A stretch of DNA of 64,000 nt from Azolla caroliniana (GCA_043228905.1 JBHGNT010000004.1:16244001-16308000), one strand, 5' to 3'. Positions 49,554 to 62,700 are shown, counted from the stretch's first letter. The notes: generated from the letters alone by a model not told the origin. Translations and numbers: made by a program.

Positions 49554-50277
49554 TGTCGTGCCTTTCGGCTCCGGATCGTTGCGTGAGTCGGGTGGGAACC
49601 GCCGAGGTTTTGGACTAGGAGAAAGAAAAATACAAATAAGGCTAGTAAAGAATAGGTATAAAGAGTTATAAGATAATAATCTCGTGAATCCCACGAGTTT
49701 AGTATATTTAGTCAATATTTAGGTAGTAAGAGAGAATTATTTTAGCAAATTCGTGAATCCCACGAATATTTTAGATTGATTGATCATTATAGAAAAATAA
49801 TCAACAATAACTACAATGTGCTCCCCATCCTTATATAGTGATGGGAGAGACTATGCATAGCTACATGCTTTTTTTTCTAATATGTTCATGCACACTAAAT
49901 GTGCATGTGATGCTTTTTTAATCCTTGCTTTTATTTGCTAAATATAGTGCTCATGCACGCTAGATGTGCATGAGTCACTTTTTAGTTGCTTGCGTTTTTC
50001 TATAAAATATTCACGCACTCTAAAAATGCATGATTTACCTTTTAATAAAGGTAGGCGCAAATAAAGCACTTATAGTTATTAAATCTATTTATAAAATATT
50101 AAAGATAAGGTAGCATAATGGTAAAGTTGAGGTTTGGCTACGTGGAGGTACAGGGTTTGAATCCTGCCCTATGCACGTGATAAATATTTTGATATTCTTC
50201 TTTTATTTATTTATATGTAATTAAATCGGTTATATTATTTTATGGTTTTCACGTAGTGTATGGAATACACTACGACA
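49554..50277 (-). mobile_element. Solo LTR (724 bp) with tRNA-like module copy D (about 50104-50178, + strand)
   Basis: TGTCGT...ACGACA ends. Interrupts the host EDEEV|VDFFE with a near-TSD ACGC/ACGA. TATATAAGG on the - strand near 49830-49838. A box TAGCATAATGG at 50111, B box GGTTTGAATCC at 50154. Confidence 0.8.
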
Positions 50278-51264
50278 ACGACGACTTCTTCGTCCTCCGA
50301 AACCATGCCGTCCTCATCATCGAATCTCGCCCTCGAAAGCATGTCGGCCATGGTATTGTCTTTTCCGGAAATGTGTCGTATTTCCGGATTTAGGGACTTA
50401 ATGTACGCTATCCACCTGAGCATTGCCAGGTTGTATTTCCGGATTTAGGGACTTAATGTACGCTATCCACCTGAGCATTGCTAGGTCCGGCGTCGCGCAT
50501 CCGGAAACCATACCGAGAATCGGCAGGCAGTCCGTCTCAATTATTACCTCCGTCCCGATCAAGTAGTCTTTGTCGGCATTGACCGCCGAAATGATACCCC
50601 AGAGTTCACGTTTAACCTAGGAGTACCCTCGCTGTAGTTCACTGAGGACTTTCGCACCGAACCGAACGGGGAACCTCGTGCCGTTATCATCCTCCTGGTT
50701 GATCACCCATCCGATTCCGGTTGGACTCGTGTCTACGGTAACGTAAATCAGAATGCCTTTACCGTAGACCGCTTTCCGGAGTGCCGGCGCCGCAATGAGT
50801 GCTTCTTTCATTTTCCAGATTGACCCCGTATGCTCCTCTCTCCACTCGAATTTACGCCCTTTCTTCAGCAATCCATAGAGCGGCTCCGTGACGTGGGCGT
50901 AATGCGGGATCCAGATATGGTAGAACGTGCATGCTTCCAAGAATCTCCGGACTTCCGTGACCGAATTGCAGTTGCGCTTCATTGCGGAGATGGCCTCTAC
51001 CTTGGCCGGCGACGGTTTCCGACTGAATGGCCCCCATAGGTGTCCGACGACCATGATCTCCAATTGCCCAAAAGCCGATTTTTCCCCGGAAAAGGTGAGC
51101 CTCGCGCCTTCTAGTCTTTGCAGCACCTTCTCGCAATCGTTGACGTGGTCCGTCACAAATTTCCGGCATCCGTCCGGTCCGATTGTCTAGTCCTTATCCT
51201 CCACCAGGCATCCTTTGATCGGGATGTCGTCTAAGAATGGCATGGTGATGTCGTCTAAGAATAA

Positions 51265-51695
51265 CATTCTCCATGTTGAACCTTCTAAGCACCTTTCGGA
51301 TATAGTCGGACTGGGAGAGTCGGAGAGTCTTCATCATCCGATTTTGTTCAATCCTCATGCCCAAGATATGTCAGGCTTGTCCGAGTTCCTTGGAGAAGGC
51401 TCCGCTTTACCCTAAACTGATTTTTTCTTGATTCCTCCTTGCAATCAGTATATCGTCCACATATAGGATCAGGTAGATCTGGGACTCGTCGGTCAATTGT
51501 CGAATGTACATGCATGGGTCGGAGTCCAACCATATGGAGCCATGCTGCTAGATGTAGGTATTGAACTTTTGATTCCACATTCTCGACGCTTGCTTAAGGC
51601 CATATAGGCTCTTCTTCAACTTGTAGACAAGGTGACTTGCTCCCCCATCGTCGTGAAGTCTGTCGGTTGAGACATACAGATGTCTTCAAGGTTGA
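51265..51695 (-). pseudogene. Copia RT fragment
   Basis: Minus-strand [26 protein letters not shown]. Confidence 0.75.
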
Positions 51696-52699
51696 ACCAC
51701 GTTATGGTGTACCAAAAAAGTACTATTTTTGGCCAAAAAAACATGAGTACTTTCTATACTGTTAGTACTAAATAATTGAAAACAAAATCGAACAAAAGAA
51801 AAAATCTTTTTAGGGAGTGGGGTGGGTGTCGTACAAGTTTCATTTACGGCAAAAAGTGGGGGGGAAACGTTTGGGCGATTTTCTTTCCATTTTGCGGGCT
51901 ATTTTTCCCTCACGTGAGGTTGAATTCTTTTTGGCACTTCTTTTTCCTCATCATGTCTCCTCTTCCTCTATCCCACTGAGTGTGACTTAGTTTCTTTGAA
52001 CTCTGCATCTCAAACATCCATCTCAGATTTCCTCCATCCACCCGTCTCAGAATTTCTGTTACGTATGTATATCGTTAGCACCATAAACCCTATCTCAGAT
52101 TTTTTGGTGCTTCAACTCTAAACATGTTGCAATTCAAGATTTGAGGCTTTTGAGACCGATTTGAGGCCTCTTCTAACACCCATTTGAAACTTCTTCAAGA
52201 CCGATTTCAGGCTTCTTCTTGCGTTAATTTGAGGCTTATTCCATCGAGTTGGGACTCCTTCCACCGGTTTGAGGCACAATACCTCACAATTTGGACTTGG
52301 CTTCCTCCACCGATTTGAGGCACAATGCCGCATGAATTTCAGGCTTCCTCCACCGATTTGAGGTACAATACCGCACGGATTTGAGGCATCTTCCACTTAT
52401 TTGAAACTTTTGCCACTCATTTGAGAACACTTCCAACACCGCATTGAGGCTCTAGCTATCACTGATTTCATTTGTAAGCATGAACTTTTCTTTATTTTTC
52501 CATTTTTTGTCATTTATTTGATCAATGTGTTTATTGTCATGCATGAATAAATGATTTATTGTCATTTTCAAAATGTCTTTCTAATGTTAGAATGTGTTGA
52601 TTTATCACGTTTCTAGGCCTCATTTAAAAACATTGGATTGTCATTTCTTAGTGTAGTCTATGTAACTTTAACTACGGTTGGAAGAAACTTAAATTGTTT

Positions 52700-54348
52700 T
52701 GATAAATCTAGTGAGAATGATAGTTCCCAATGAGACTGGTTGTCAAGTAGCACATTTATATCCGACAGGACCAAGAGACGGGTGGTTCTTCACATAGTCT
52801 GTTATTTGCTAGAAATAACTAAGAGATGTAGTGAGGAGGATTGTAGGGATATTATATGTAGAGTGTTACACAATCAACATTTGAATGAAGACATGGAGAG
52901 TATTAAATTTAGGAACCAATGTGTTTCAGAGGAGATTGTGGAGTCTAGACTTAGTGAAAGGAGTAGAGAGCATAGATAAGCTTGCTGCAAAGAGAGCAAG
53001 CCTTCACATGGTTGTAAACGGTGTGAGAAAAAATATATAGTGATACTAAAGTTTCCTTAGCCCTTGGTATTCAGAGAAGGAACTTGAGGAAGCATCACAC
53101 AAATATACAGTCAAATCAATTTAAATGGTTGGGTCTAGGTCGTAGACAACGATGCGATGCCTTGTCTCAAGAGATTATTGAGAATGTGGATTCCTTTTGG
53201 GCAAAAAACACAAGACTTGTCTCACCAAATAAAAAGGATGTGTGTAGACAACGCATAAGTTGGGGTAGGTGCCAGATTCACCCTAGACACTTCTTGGAGA
53301 TGACTGAGGTCATTCATTTTCTTTTATCTATTTGGTTTTATATATTTATTTGTTTACTAAAGCCTTCTATTAATGTTCCCTATATATTGAGTGATATATG
53401 TTTAATTGTTCATGAACTTCAAAGACCAACATCCAAGCATCAATCTTGGATTTCGCAAGTTCTAAGGTTTGAAACTGTTTTTTGTTAGAAAGTTAAAGGA
53501 GAGGAACACATGTTGTTGTGTGTGCCACATTAAAATGGACATGTTAAGGCTTTGAGTGAACACTATGCACACTGATTCTAAGGGTATACACGAGGATGGA
53601 TGCGTTTGCACTTGTGAATTATGTAGACCAAATGGGAAGGATAATAGATGTAATGCACGAAACATGACTTATGCATCAGTTTCTGAGTTATGGAGGTCTT
53701 TTGTTTGTGAAAAACAACCATCATCTGAGTGGCATAATTGCACATTTCTTCTAGAACATGTAAGGTTTACCCACAACGGTTATTTTGTAGACATGAGATT
53801 GATGTGGAAAATAGTCATATTGTGAAATGGAAATATTTAGAGTATGTGACAGAAAATATAGGGAAGGGACTCGTTAGAAAGCGTATCAAGGAAGTATGTT
53901 AAGAGACATGTCCTGCTACCCTTGTCTCAAAGTTTAAGAAGCAACTCAGGGAGTCTATCCACATAACTTTAGGAGTTATTGGCAAAATTCACAGTTCAAG
54001 GAATGTATAAATAACTTACCACCAGATGTTATGGTATCCGTTATTGACTTTGCAGAGAATTATGCATTTAAAGTTCAAAATGAGGTTCAGTCAATGCATT
54101 GGTACAATGACCAATGTACAGTACTTGTACATATTTGCTATTGGAGCCAAGATGGTGAGTTACATAAGAAATCAATATTCTACATTTTGGATGATAAAAA
54201 GCATGATACACTATTTGTTCAATATTGTTTTAAGTTTCACCATACAAATTTTATTGTCCCTAGGTGTTAACTTTAATCGCCATTGGGTCTGGTCTGATGG
54301 TGCTGCCTCGTAGTTTAAGGTAGCACGGTCCTTCTTCTTCAATGCAAG
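52700..54348 (+). pseudogene. Sola2-like DDD transposase, decayed, with a probable intron starting at about 53310; truncated after the SDG motif
   Basis: VSPNKKDV...HPRHFLEMTE, RNTCCC, VIDFAENYAFKVQNEVQSMHW...DDKKHDTLFVQ...WVWSDGAAS*FK. Confidence 0.75.
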
Positions 54349-54730
54349 GTGAGTTTCAATACATATGTTTAGTACTTAAAAATGGAAATCTAGTGAAGTA
54401 ATGGGTGAAAGCATGAGAGTGGAAACAATTAGCTATGCAAAAAGCTACCATTGATAAATAGTCATTTTAGTAAAAAGTCATCATTAACAAATTAACTATG
54501 CAAAAAACTACCATTGAAAATACTAGAGTGTTTTAATTACACATGTAAATGAGTGCCATAAATGTGCAACATAAATTGATATGTGCACCATAAATGTGTA
54601 CCATAAATTATATATCGAATTCCTAGGTCCATTATGCATGATCCTTTGCCACATCACGTAGGCCATCTCTAGTTGAGTATTGTGGGTTAGTTGCTACCAC
54701 TGTTGCTAAACCCTATCGAGTCCACCTATC

Positions 54731-55320
54731 GCCACTCTACACTTAGGGGCCGCTACTGTGCGTTCCAAGCATCATCAGTAACTGTTCAATCTGACGGGGT
54801 TCTCTTCTCTATGCCACTCTACACTCAGGGGCCGCTACTGTGCGTTCCAAGCATCATCGGTAACTGTTCAATCTGACGGGGTCCTCTTCTCTGTGCCACT
54901 CTACACTCAGGGGCCGCTACTGTGCGTTCCAAGCATCATCGGTAACTGTTCAATCTGACGGGGTTCTCTTCTCTGTGCCACTCTACACTCAGGGGCTGCT
55001 ACTGTGAAGGTCGTGTATTGCTGCCACTTTTCGACCCGACGGCGTTAACAACTCCACTGCCGCCATTCTACTCTCAGGTGCCTTCTCTGTGTGTTCCAAG
55101 CATCATCGGTAACTGTTCAATCTGACGGGGTTCTCTCCTCCATTGCCATCATTCTACACTCAGTTGCCGCTACTGTCCAGTCCTAGATTGCTTCCACATT
55201 TCGATTTGACGGAGTTCACTCATCCAATGGCAACATTCTACACTCAATTGTCGCCATTGGTCGGTCCTGGAATGCCTCCTCAACTGTTCGATCCAACGGA
55301 GTGAACTCCTCTACTGTTTG
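54731..55320. repeat. 82-bp tandem minisatellite, about 7 copies (first three nearly identical)
   Basis: GCCACTCTACACT starts at 54731, 54813, 54895 and 54977, then degenerates. Confidence 0.9.
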
Positions 55321-55469
55321 GTCTTGGATTGCAATAACTTTTCTGTCTATTGATTATCTTGTGTATTGTTGTGTCTAATCTTGTGTATTGTGGAATATTT
55401 TTGTGTATTGTTGTTGCCCATAGCCATCTTAAATACTTGTTTATTTTTTTGGAAATTTAGGGTTTTAAT

Positions 55470-58400
55470 ATGTCTAGCCAAATGGAAGGGGAAGAAGGGT
55501 GTTTAGAATTACCCCTCAATGATCATAAGGATAGGGATGATGCTATCAGGACACAACAAGCCATACGAAACTATTGGGCAGAAAAAAAAAGGAAACATCG
55601 TCAATTGTTGAAGGATACGAAAGCCACACTCAGTAAGGTAAGGATAGTTTAGCTAAGAATGTAAGTAATGCGACTACCATCATAGAGAGAAAGGTTGTAG
55701 ACTATTTCAATGTTCAAACCAAGCACATCAGCAATGAAGAAAAGAAGGTAGTACTTTATGGAATATGTAATGATCCATCGATAAAGGACTTAGTTGATTG
55801 TGATGGTCTTAATGCAAACATATAATCTATTTTAGTAAATAATCTTCGTAATAGTTTCGTATCCATGAGCAAGTCAGAAGATGATCTTGTCTTAAAAAGG
55901 TCTAGTCTAATGATGTTACTTAATAGTGATGTTGACGATATAAACATCAGTGAGCTATCTAAGGTAATTGGTGTTAGTAGAAAAACAGTGTACAATACAA
56001 TGAACCGTATAATTTCCTTGGGTGAAGGAACTAGTCTACTAAAGCTCACTACAAGATGTAAGGCAATGACACCCATAACATTTGAAATCAAGGATGTAAT
56101 CACAATGTTTTGGACTAATGAGAGTAGGGTTTCACCCAATAAAAAGGATTTATGCAGGAAACGTGTTAGAAGAAATCAATACGAGGAGCATCCCATTCAT
56201 CTTCTTGATGTACCTCAGGTATTTACATTTATCTCAACATTTGTTTTGACTCTACATGGAAAGTTAATTAGCTCAGTTAGCAGAAAAAGCTAATTAGCTT
56301 ATCAGTTACATTTACCTCACTTAGCTACTAGGATAGCTACTACATAGGTAACTGGCTACTCTCAATAGCTACTACCATGATAGCTAATTAGCTATTCTCA
56401 ATAGCTAATCTAGTTACTACCAGATAATTAGCTACCAAAATAGCTAACTAGCTATTCTCAATAGCTAATTTAGTTATTACCAGATAATTAGCTACCAGAA
56501 TAGCTAATTAGCTTTTAGGATAGCTAATTAGCTATTAGAATAGGGTTTTTGCTACCATGATAGCTAAATAGCTACTAGAATAGGTAATTAGAATAGGTAA
56601 TTAGAATAGGTAATTAGAATAGGTAATTAGCTAATTAGCTATTAGAATAGGTAATTAGTTACCATGCTAGCTAATTAGCTACTATGATAGTTAGCTACTC
56701 TAGTTATTACCAGCTAATTAGCTACTAGGAAAGCTAATTAGCTACCATGATAGCTAATTAGGTACTAGGAAAGCTAACTAGCTACCATGATAGCTAATTA
56801 GGTACTAGGACAACTACTATGATACCATGATAGGTAATTAGCTACTAGAACAACTAATTAGCTACTAGGATAGCTAATTTCGTTATTACCAACTAATTAG
56901 CTACTAGGAAAGCTAATTAGCTACCATGATAGCTAATTAGGTACTAGGACAACTACTATGATACCATGATAGGTAATTAGCTACTAGAACAACTAATTAG
57001 CTACTAGGATAGCTAATTTCGTTATTACCAACTAATTAGCTACTAGGAAAGCTAATTAGCTACCATGATAGCTAATTAGCTACTAGGAAAGCTAATTAGC
57101 CACCATGATAGCTAATTAGCTACTACACCAGCTAATTAGCTACCATGATAGCTAATTAGCTACTAGGAAAGCTAATTAGCTACCATGATAGCTAATTAGC
57201 TACAAGGACAGCTAATTAGCTACCATGATAGCTAATTAGCTACTAGACCAACTAATTAGCTACTAGGATAGCTAATTAGCTACCATGATAGCTAATTAGC
57301 TACAAGGACAACTAATTAGCTACCATGATAGCTAATTAGCTACTAGACCAACTAATTAGCTACTAGGATAGCTAATTAGCTACCATGATAGCTAATTAGC
57401 TACTAGGACAGCTAATTAGCTACCATGATAGCTAATTAGCTACTGGACCAGCTAATAAGCTACTAGAACAGCTAATAAGCTACTAGAACAGCTAATTAGC
57501 TACTAGAATAGCTAATTAGCTACTAGGATAGTTAGCTAGTTACGAGAATAACTAATTCCCCTTTATTACGCAGGTCGATTTATTTATTAGGTTCAAACGA
57601 ATGCATCCAAATATCAAAGTTCAACTACAAACATTCGAGTCTCTTAAGCCACACTTTGTGAGATGCTTAAAGGATCGATACACATGTTGGTGCATTTACC
57701 ATGTATAGATGGGTTTTCTGAAGGACTCTGTTAATCTACTACGTCACCATAGCGCATCCCTAACTAATACACTTTGCATATGTGAGTGCCCAATCTGTCG
57801 ATCAAGCCCGCAAGAGGAGTGTAAATCATTTGAGCACATTATCTCTTCCATGAGTTATTTATTAGATTCAATATTGTGTCCGAGAGAAACTGACGCTATC
57901 TTCCATAGTCATAAATGTGTCATGGGTTTATGTCAAGATTGTGGCCCTACTAGATTTAGGTGGTGTCCAAATGAATTGAGTTGTGAAATATTGATCTTTG
58001 TGAAGTTATTTGAGTTAGTGAACACCAATTTCGAAGGAAAGGTGTGTAAAAGAAAGGATCTAGTTTGGAAGATGCTTAAACTAAGGGATTTGGTGTCTCT
58101 GTTTGTAGCATCTCTAGGAAAGTTCATTAAACACAACTTCATTTATTCATGGCAGGCCCATCAGTTTAAGACTTGCATATCTGATTTCCCAAATGATGTA
58201 GTAGTCTCAGTAGTAGATTTTGCAGAGAATTATACTTTCAAGCAGCAGAATGAAATTCAATCTATGCATTGGTGTTCAGTTCAAGTAACCATTTTTGTGC
58301 ACATAACATATTTTCAAGTTTCAGGTGATGTTAAAAAAGTAATTCATTTCTTTATTTCTGATGATAAGAAGTATGATACCTTGTTCGTCCAACACTGTTT

Positions 58401-59417
58401 TAAGTTACATTGGCAGTGATTATTAGCTCAACGTTTGGAGCTTACTCAACATTGGGTCTGGTCTGACGGAGCTGCGTCACAATTCAAGGCTCGACGTCCA
58501 TTTTATTTTGTGGGGAGGTATCCTGCTATAACAGGTTTGGAAATGAGATGGAATTTTTTTGGGTTTGGCCATGGTAAAGGTGAAGATGATGGTGTAGGGG
58601 TTGTTATAAAGCGGGCACTTACCCATGAACAACTAAAGACAGATGGTGTGCACATGAATTGTGCATCACATGTAGTTGAATTTTTAAGAACAAATATGTC
58701 AACGAGTGCAACATGTGTTTATTCCTCGCAAGTCCGAGATATCAAACGTGAATTTTGGGAAGTGAAGATAGATGAAGTAAATAGGGAGAAGACCTGGGAG
58801 TGCCAAGGAATTCTCGAATTGCAATCTCTGCATGTTGTTCGCGGTTATTCCAGGTTGGATGGTCATTGTATTGCGGTTAGAGAATTGACTTGTTTTTTCT
58901 TCCATTGTGTGCAGGGAAATTGGAGATATATTGTCTAAACAAAGCATACATTCAGAATTGGGAGTATCACACTTTGAATGATAAGGAAGTAGTTGATGGA
59001 GAAACAGGGTAGAATGCTGACTTCACATATGAGGGACTTGGAGATACTTTGAGTGATGTCCTGAACATTGGGGATAACTTCGCTGTAAATGCTGAAGAAG
59101 GCAATTCAGAGGGTGCTGATTTCTATATATTGAAGTGCACGGTTAGTAAACAATGTGCAAGGCAGAATATTGTAGATGCATGGGGAAATTTTGTATCTGT
59201 TGGGACATTCTACATCGAAGGCATTTTTTATGCAAAACTAGATGACTACGAATATGTGTACAAGCTGTTAGAAGACAAACCAGCGGCGTACATGCACTCT
59301 CATTTGGTCAGGTGCATCAACGTCCCAATGTCAGAATACAATAGCTGCTCAGGTTTATACATTGTTGGTGCTAATGTGTATGAATGTATTTACAATAGTA
59401 TGCCATGGAATTTGTAG
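55470..59417 (+). pseudogene. Second Sola2-like transposase, near full length, with intron 56219-57573
   Basis: VSPNKKDL...HPIHLLDVPQ|VDLFIRFK...LKPHFV...YTCWC, VVDFAENYTFKQQNEIQSMHW, SDDKKYD, WSDGAASQFK, WNFFGFGHGKGEDDG. The GT..AG junction restores the frame. Stops at 57706 and 58417; frameshift near 58930. Confidence 0.8.
56265..57556. repeat. 20-bp-period array of the palindrome (TA)GCTAATTAGC(TA) inside the transposase intron
   Basis: GCTAATTAGC recurs every 20 nt at 57051-57520 with alternating spacers TACCATGATA / TACTAGGA(A/C/T)A. Confidence 0.95.
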
Positions 59418-59765
59418 CTACAAGTAGCAATTACCATGTTCTCTTGTAAAACAAACATGTATTTCGCGAAAACAGTTAAATAAATTCATTTCAGAATCAA
59501 TTTCTTGTATATAGTCTGCTTTCTGTGCTTCTTTCTCAATAAAATCATGTCTTTTTTGTTAAGTTTTAAGTTTTAAGTTATAGCGAAATAGTCATCAATA
59601 GCTAATTAGATGTACAAATGCAGCTAATTAGCTGTCAATAGCTAAATAGTCATCAATAGCATGAAATCAACAATTTGCAACATATTCCTCAAATTACACA
59701 GTAGATAAGTACAGTGGGAACAAGTAATTAAATTCTTCATTGAATAATGTCATCTCTTTACATAT

Positions 59766-62700
59766 TTATAAATTACCATTAGAAATGTCTACAAATCTCC
59801 TATAAACAGCTAAGCTCTTGCTAGTCAGTGGAATGAGTCTACATATATTATCTGCATATCGAGCTCGGTATGGAGTCCACAACCATGCACCTAGTTGGCA
59901 GCTCACTGTTTGCACCAGGTACTGTTCAGGCATTTTCTCGGGTAGAATGAGACAACATCTCCGAATATTGAAGTAGTGCCGGAAATGTTTTGTATCCAAA
60001 ATCAATGTGTTGTCGGCATTATATTCAGGACAAGTAGCCCAAAAATCAGAAAGTCTCTTGAATCTTGCAGCTTCCATTTGCTCACAATTTTCTCGTGCCC
60101 ATTGACCTTTAAAATGACTTCGCCATTTTGGGAAGAATCTTGCTAAACACTTCCACACATCTGATTTTGGTTTTTCACTCCAAATAAACAAATCAAAGTA
60201 TTGCACAACCCACTCTAGAAACTGATTCGCGTCCCTCCTTGGCTGCATATATCTCACACTCATCAAGACTTTATCAAGCTCCAAGATCAAGGGTCTTCTT
60301 TCGACTTCTAGTGGTTTAGGTTTCCATTCCTGAAACTGAGTCGCTGTTACACCATTTTCTGGTAGGACACGATCAATCTCAATCAGCTCAAGTTCGGCCG
60401 ACACAACTGGCGTCCTTTTCCTCTTCAAACCCCTAGTCGATTGTTTGGCTTCACATTCTGGTGCTCTTGTTTTGTCGATTTAGTTATCAATCCTTGGATT
60501 ACCTCGGTGCATGTAGCTACTGATCTGCTCGATATCAGTCCACTGGTATCACATGTTGCATCTACCTGCAACATCAAGTCATCCGTGCAACATGCTTGAT
60601 CAACTTGTGTGACCAGATCACTTGTGTCAGTTGCTACATCTACTTTGAAGATGGGGCCCTTTAAACACGCCGCAACATCAATAGTATCCACACTGCCATT
60701 GGCCTTAGGAGCAATAGAATCAAACCCTTTAGACTCTGCAACATCAGAAAACACCAACATATTCACACTCACAAAGTAACTAACAGTCTCACAAAACAAC
60801 ATCCTGAACATCAAAGAGTTTCTGTCATAGAACAACACTCTTCAAATTATCTTGGAAAAACATCATAGAGTTCCATTACATAATGTGGATCAAGCAACAA
60901 CCAATCTGAGGTTTTACTTGTCCAATAGGATAGTAAAACTTCCTAAAACCCTAGCAAAATCCCTAAGCTAACAATCATATCCAACTAAACAGTATTTCGC
61001 TCCACTACGTTTGGGCCCCTTGACTGAGTAACTGGTCTTGTTCCCAATCGTGGCCCCTTCTTCAGCCTTTTTCTGGTCAATTGCCCATTTAGCCTTGCTT
61101 CTTTCACCCAATGCGCAAGTGTGTCCTCCTCCGACAACCTTCCCATTGCCTCAACAACTAATTGCACATCAGCCGTTTCTTGCGCTAGCTTTTCAAGTAC
61201 AGAGGGATCTGTTTGGACATTTTCAGTAGTTGGGCTTGGTTTAGTGGAATCAAGGTCTTGAGATTTGAAGAAATGTTGCATCAAGTGTTCATAAACACTG
61301 TTGTTGTGAACCTCAGTTTTACATGTTGTTTCCACTATTTCATGGCATTTCACATCGTTGCCTAATTTAGTACACTGTTCCAAAAGAATAGGGTGGAGCT
61401 GATCTGAAGGAGATGTGATAGCAGGACTCTTACTTTCAGCCACGTTGGCAACAATATCCTCATCTGTTGCAGCGTCATCAGCACCAGGCACATCATGTGC
61501 CGTCCTTAATCCACAAGATTCAACAATAACATGGCAGCTATTTAGGATAGCTAATTAGCTACTTTACTAAGTATGGTAGTGGCTAGGATAGCTAATTAGC
61601 TACTATGGTAGCTAATTAGCTACTTTACTCAACTATGGCAGTAGCTAGGATAGCTAATTAGCTACTTTACTCAACTATGGTAGTAGTTAGGATAGCTAAT
61701 TAGCTACTTTACTAACTATGGTAGTAGCTAGGATAGCTAATTAGCTACTATGGTAGCTAATTAGCTACTTTACTCAACTATGGTAGTAGCTAGGATAGCT
61801 AATTAGCTACTAGGATAACTTATTAGCTACTTTACACAACTATGACAGTAGCTAATTAGCTACTAGGATAGCTAATTAGTTGCCAGTAGCTAATTAGCTA
61901 GTAGGATAGCTAATTAGCTTTTTTACACAACTATGGTACTAGCTAATTAGCTAGTAGCTCATTAGCTGCCAGTAGCTAATTAGCTAGTAGGATAGCTAAT
62001 TAGCTACTTTACACAACTATTGTACTAGCTAATTAGCTATGAGTAGCTAACTAGCTACCAGTAGCTAATTAACTGCCAATAGGATAGCTAATTAGCTAAT
62101 AGGATAGCTATTAGTTGCTTTAATCAACTATGGTAGTAGCTAATTAGCTACAATGATAGCAACAAAATAGTTTCCATACTTTTTACGGCTTAGCTAATTA
62201 GAAAAGACTAAGCTTATTAGCTACAGTATGGTATACCTGTTAGTTTTCTCCACTCATTTGGTAGAGCTGTACTGCAATCTCCCAAACAGAATGCAGCAAT
62301 TTGACAAGCATGTTGAAAACAAAGCAGATGGTATGTGTGGTTGCATGGTTGTAGGTGAACCAACAAAGACGCAGTTTTGTCCTCCACACCTAACCCGCAA
62401 GCGATGCAACGTGCTTGAACTGTCAATAAATCATTTTCTGGTTCTCCTTCATTTGGTAAGGGAGCAAGAATGTTCAGGTCCAAATCCTGTCTGGTCCTTA
62501 CCATTCCCTCCACAAAATGTAGCTGCTTCTTAAGGAAGTTAACTACCTGTTCTTGATGAATGTATTGTTCCTTCAACGCAACACAGAAATTTACCGGTTA
62601 GTTATTCCTGTCTGAGAAAGATACACCAACTTTGCTCAGGAATCGTTAACTTACTTGAAGCTTTTCCAAATTGTAATCTGCAACAGTATTTACACCTAGA

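Larger units (their letters stand above)
41410..51262 (-). mobile_element. 5'-truncated Ty3/Gypsy element (RT-RH-IN and 3' LTR 41410-42074), host to three nested insertions
   Basis: LTR TGTCG...CGACA with PPT GGTGGGGGCGGA adjacent. RT PFLDDIPIKG, RH VDTSPTGIG, IN HRGTWATFEKLKGKYWW / DRGEL / YNPEANG|KVEHGH. Host reading frames rejoin across each TSD. Confidence 0.88.

Noticed and set aside
50378-50490. Short tandem duplication in the Gypsy RNase H region (and a 16-bp one near 51223-51263)
   Set aside because: Ordinary post-insertion decay.
57051-57520. CRISPR-like pattern of a constant palindrome with spacers
   Set aside because: The spacers are only 10 nt and are themselves repeated, there are no cas genes, and the context is a eukaryotic intron. 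It is a minisatellite.
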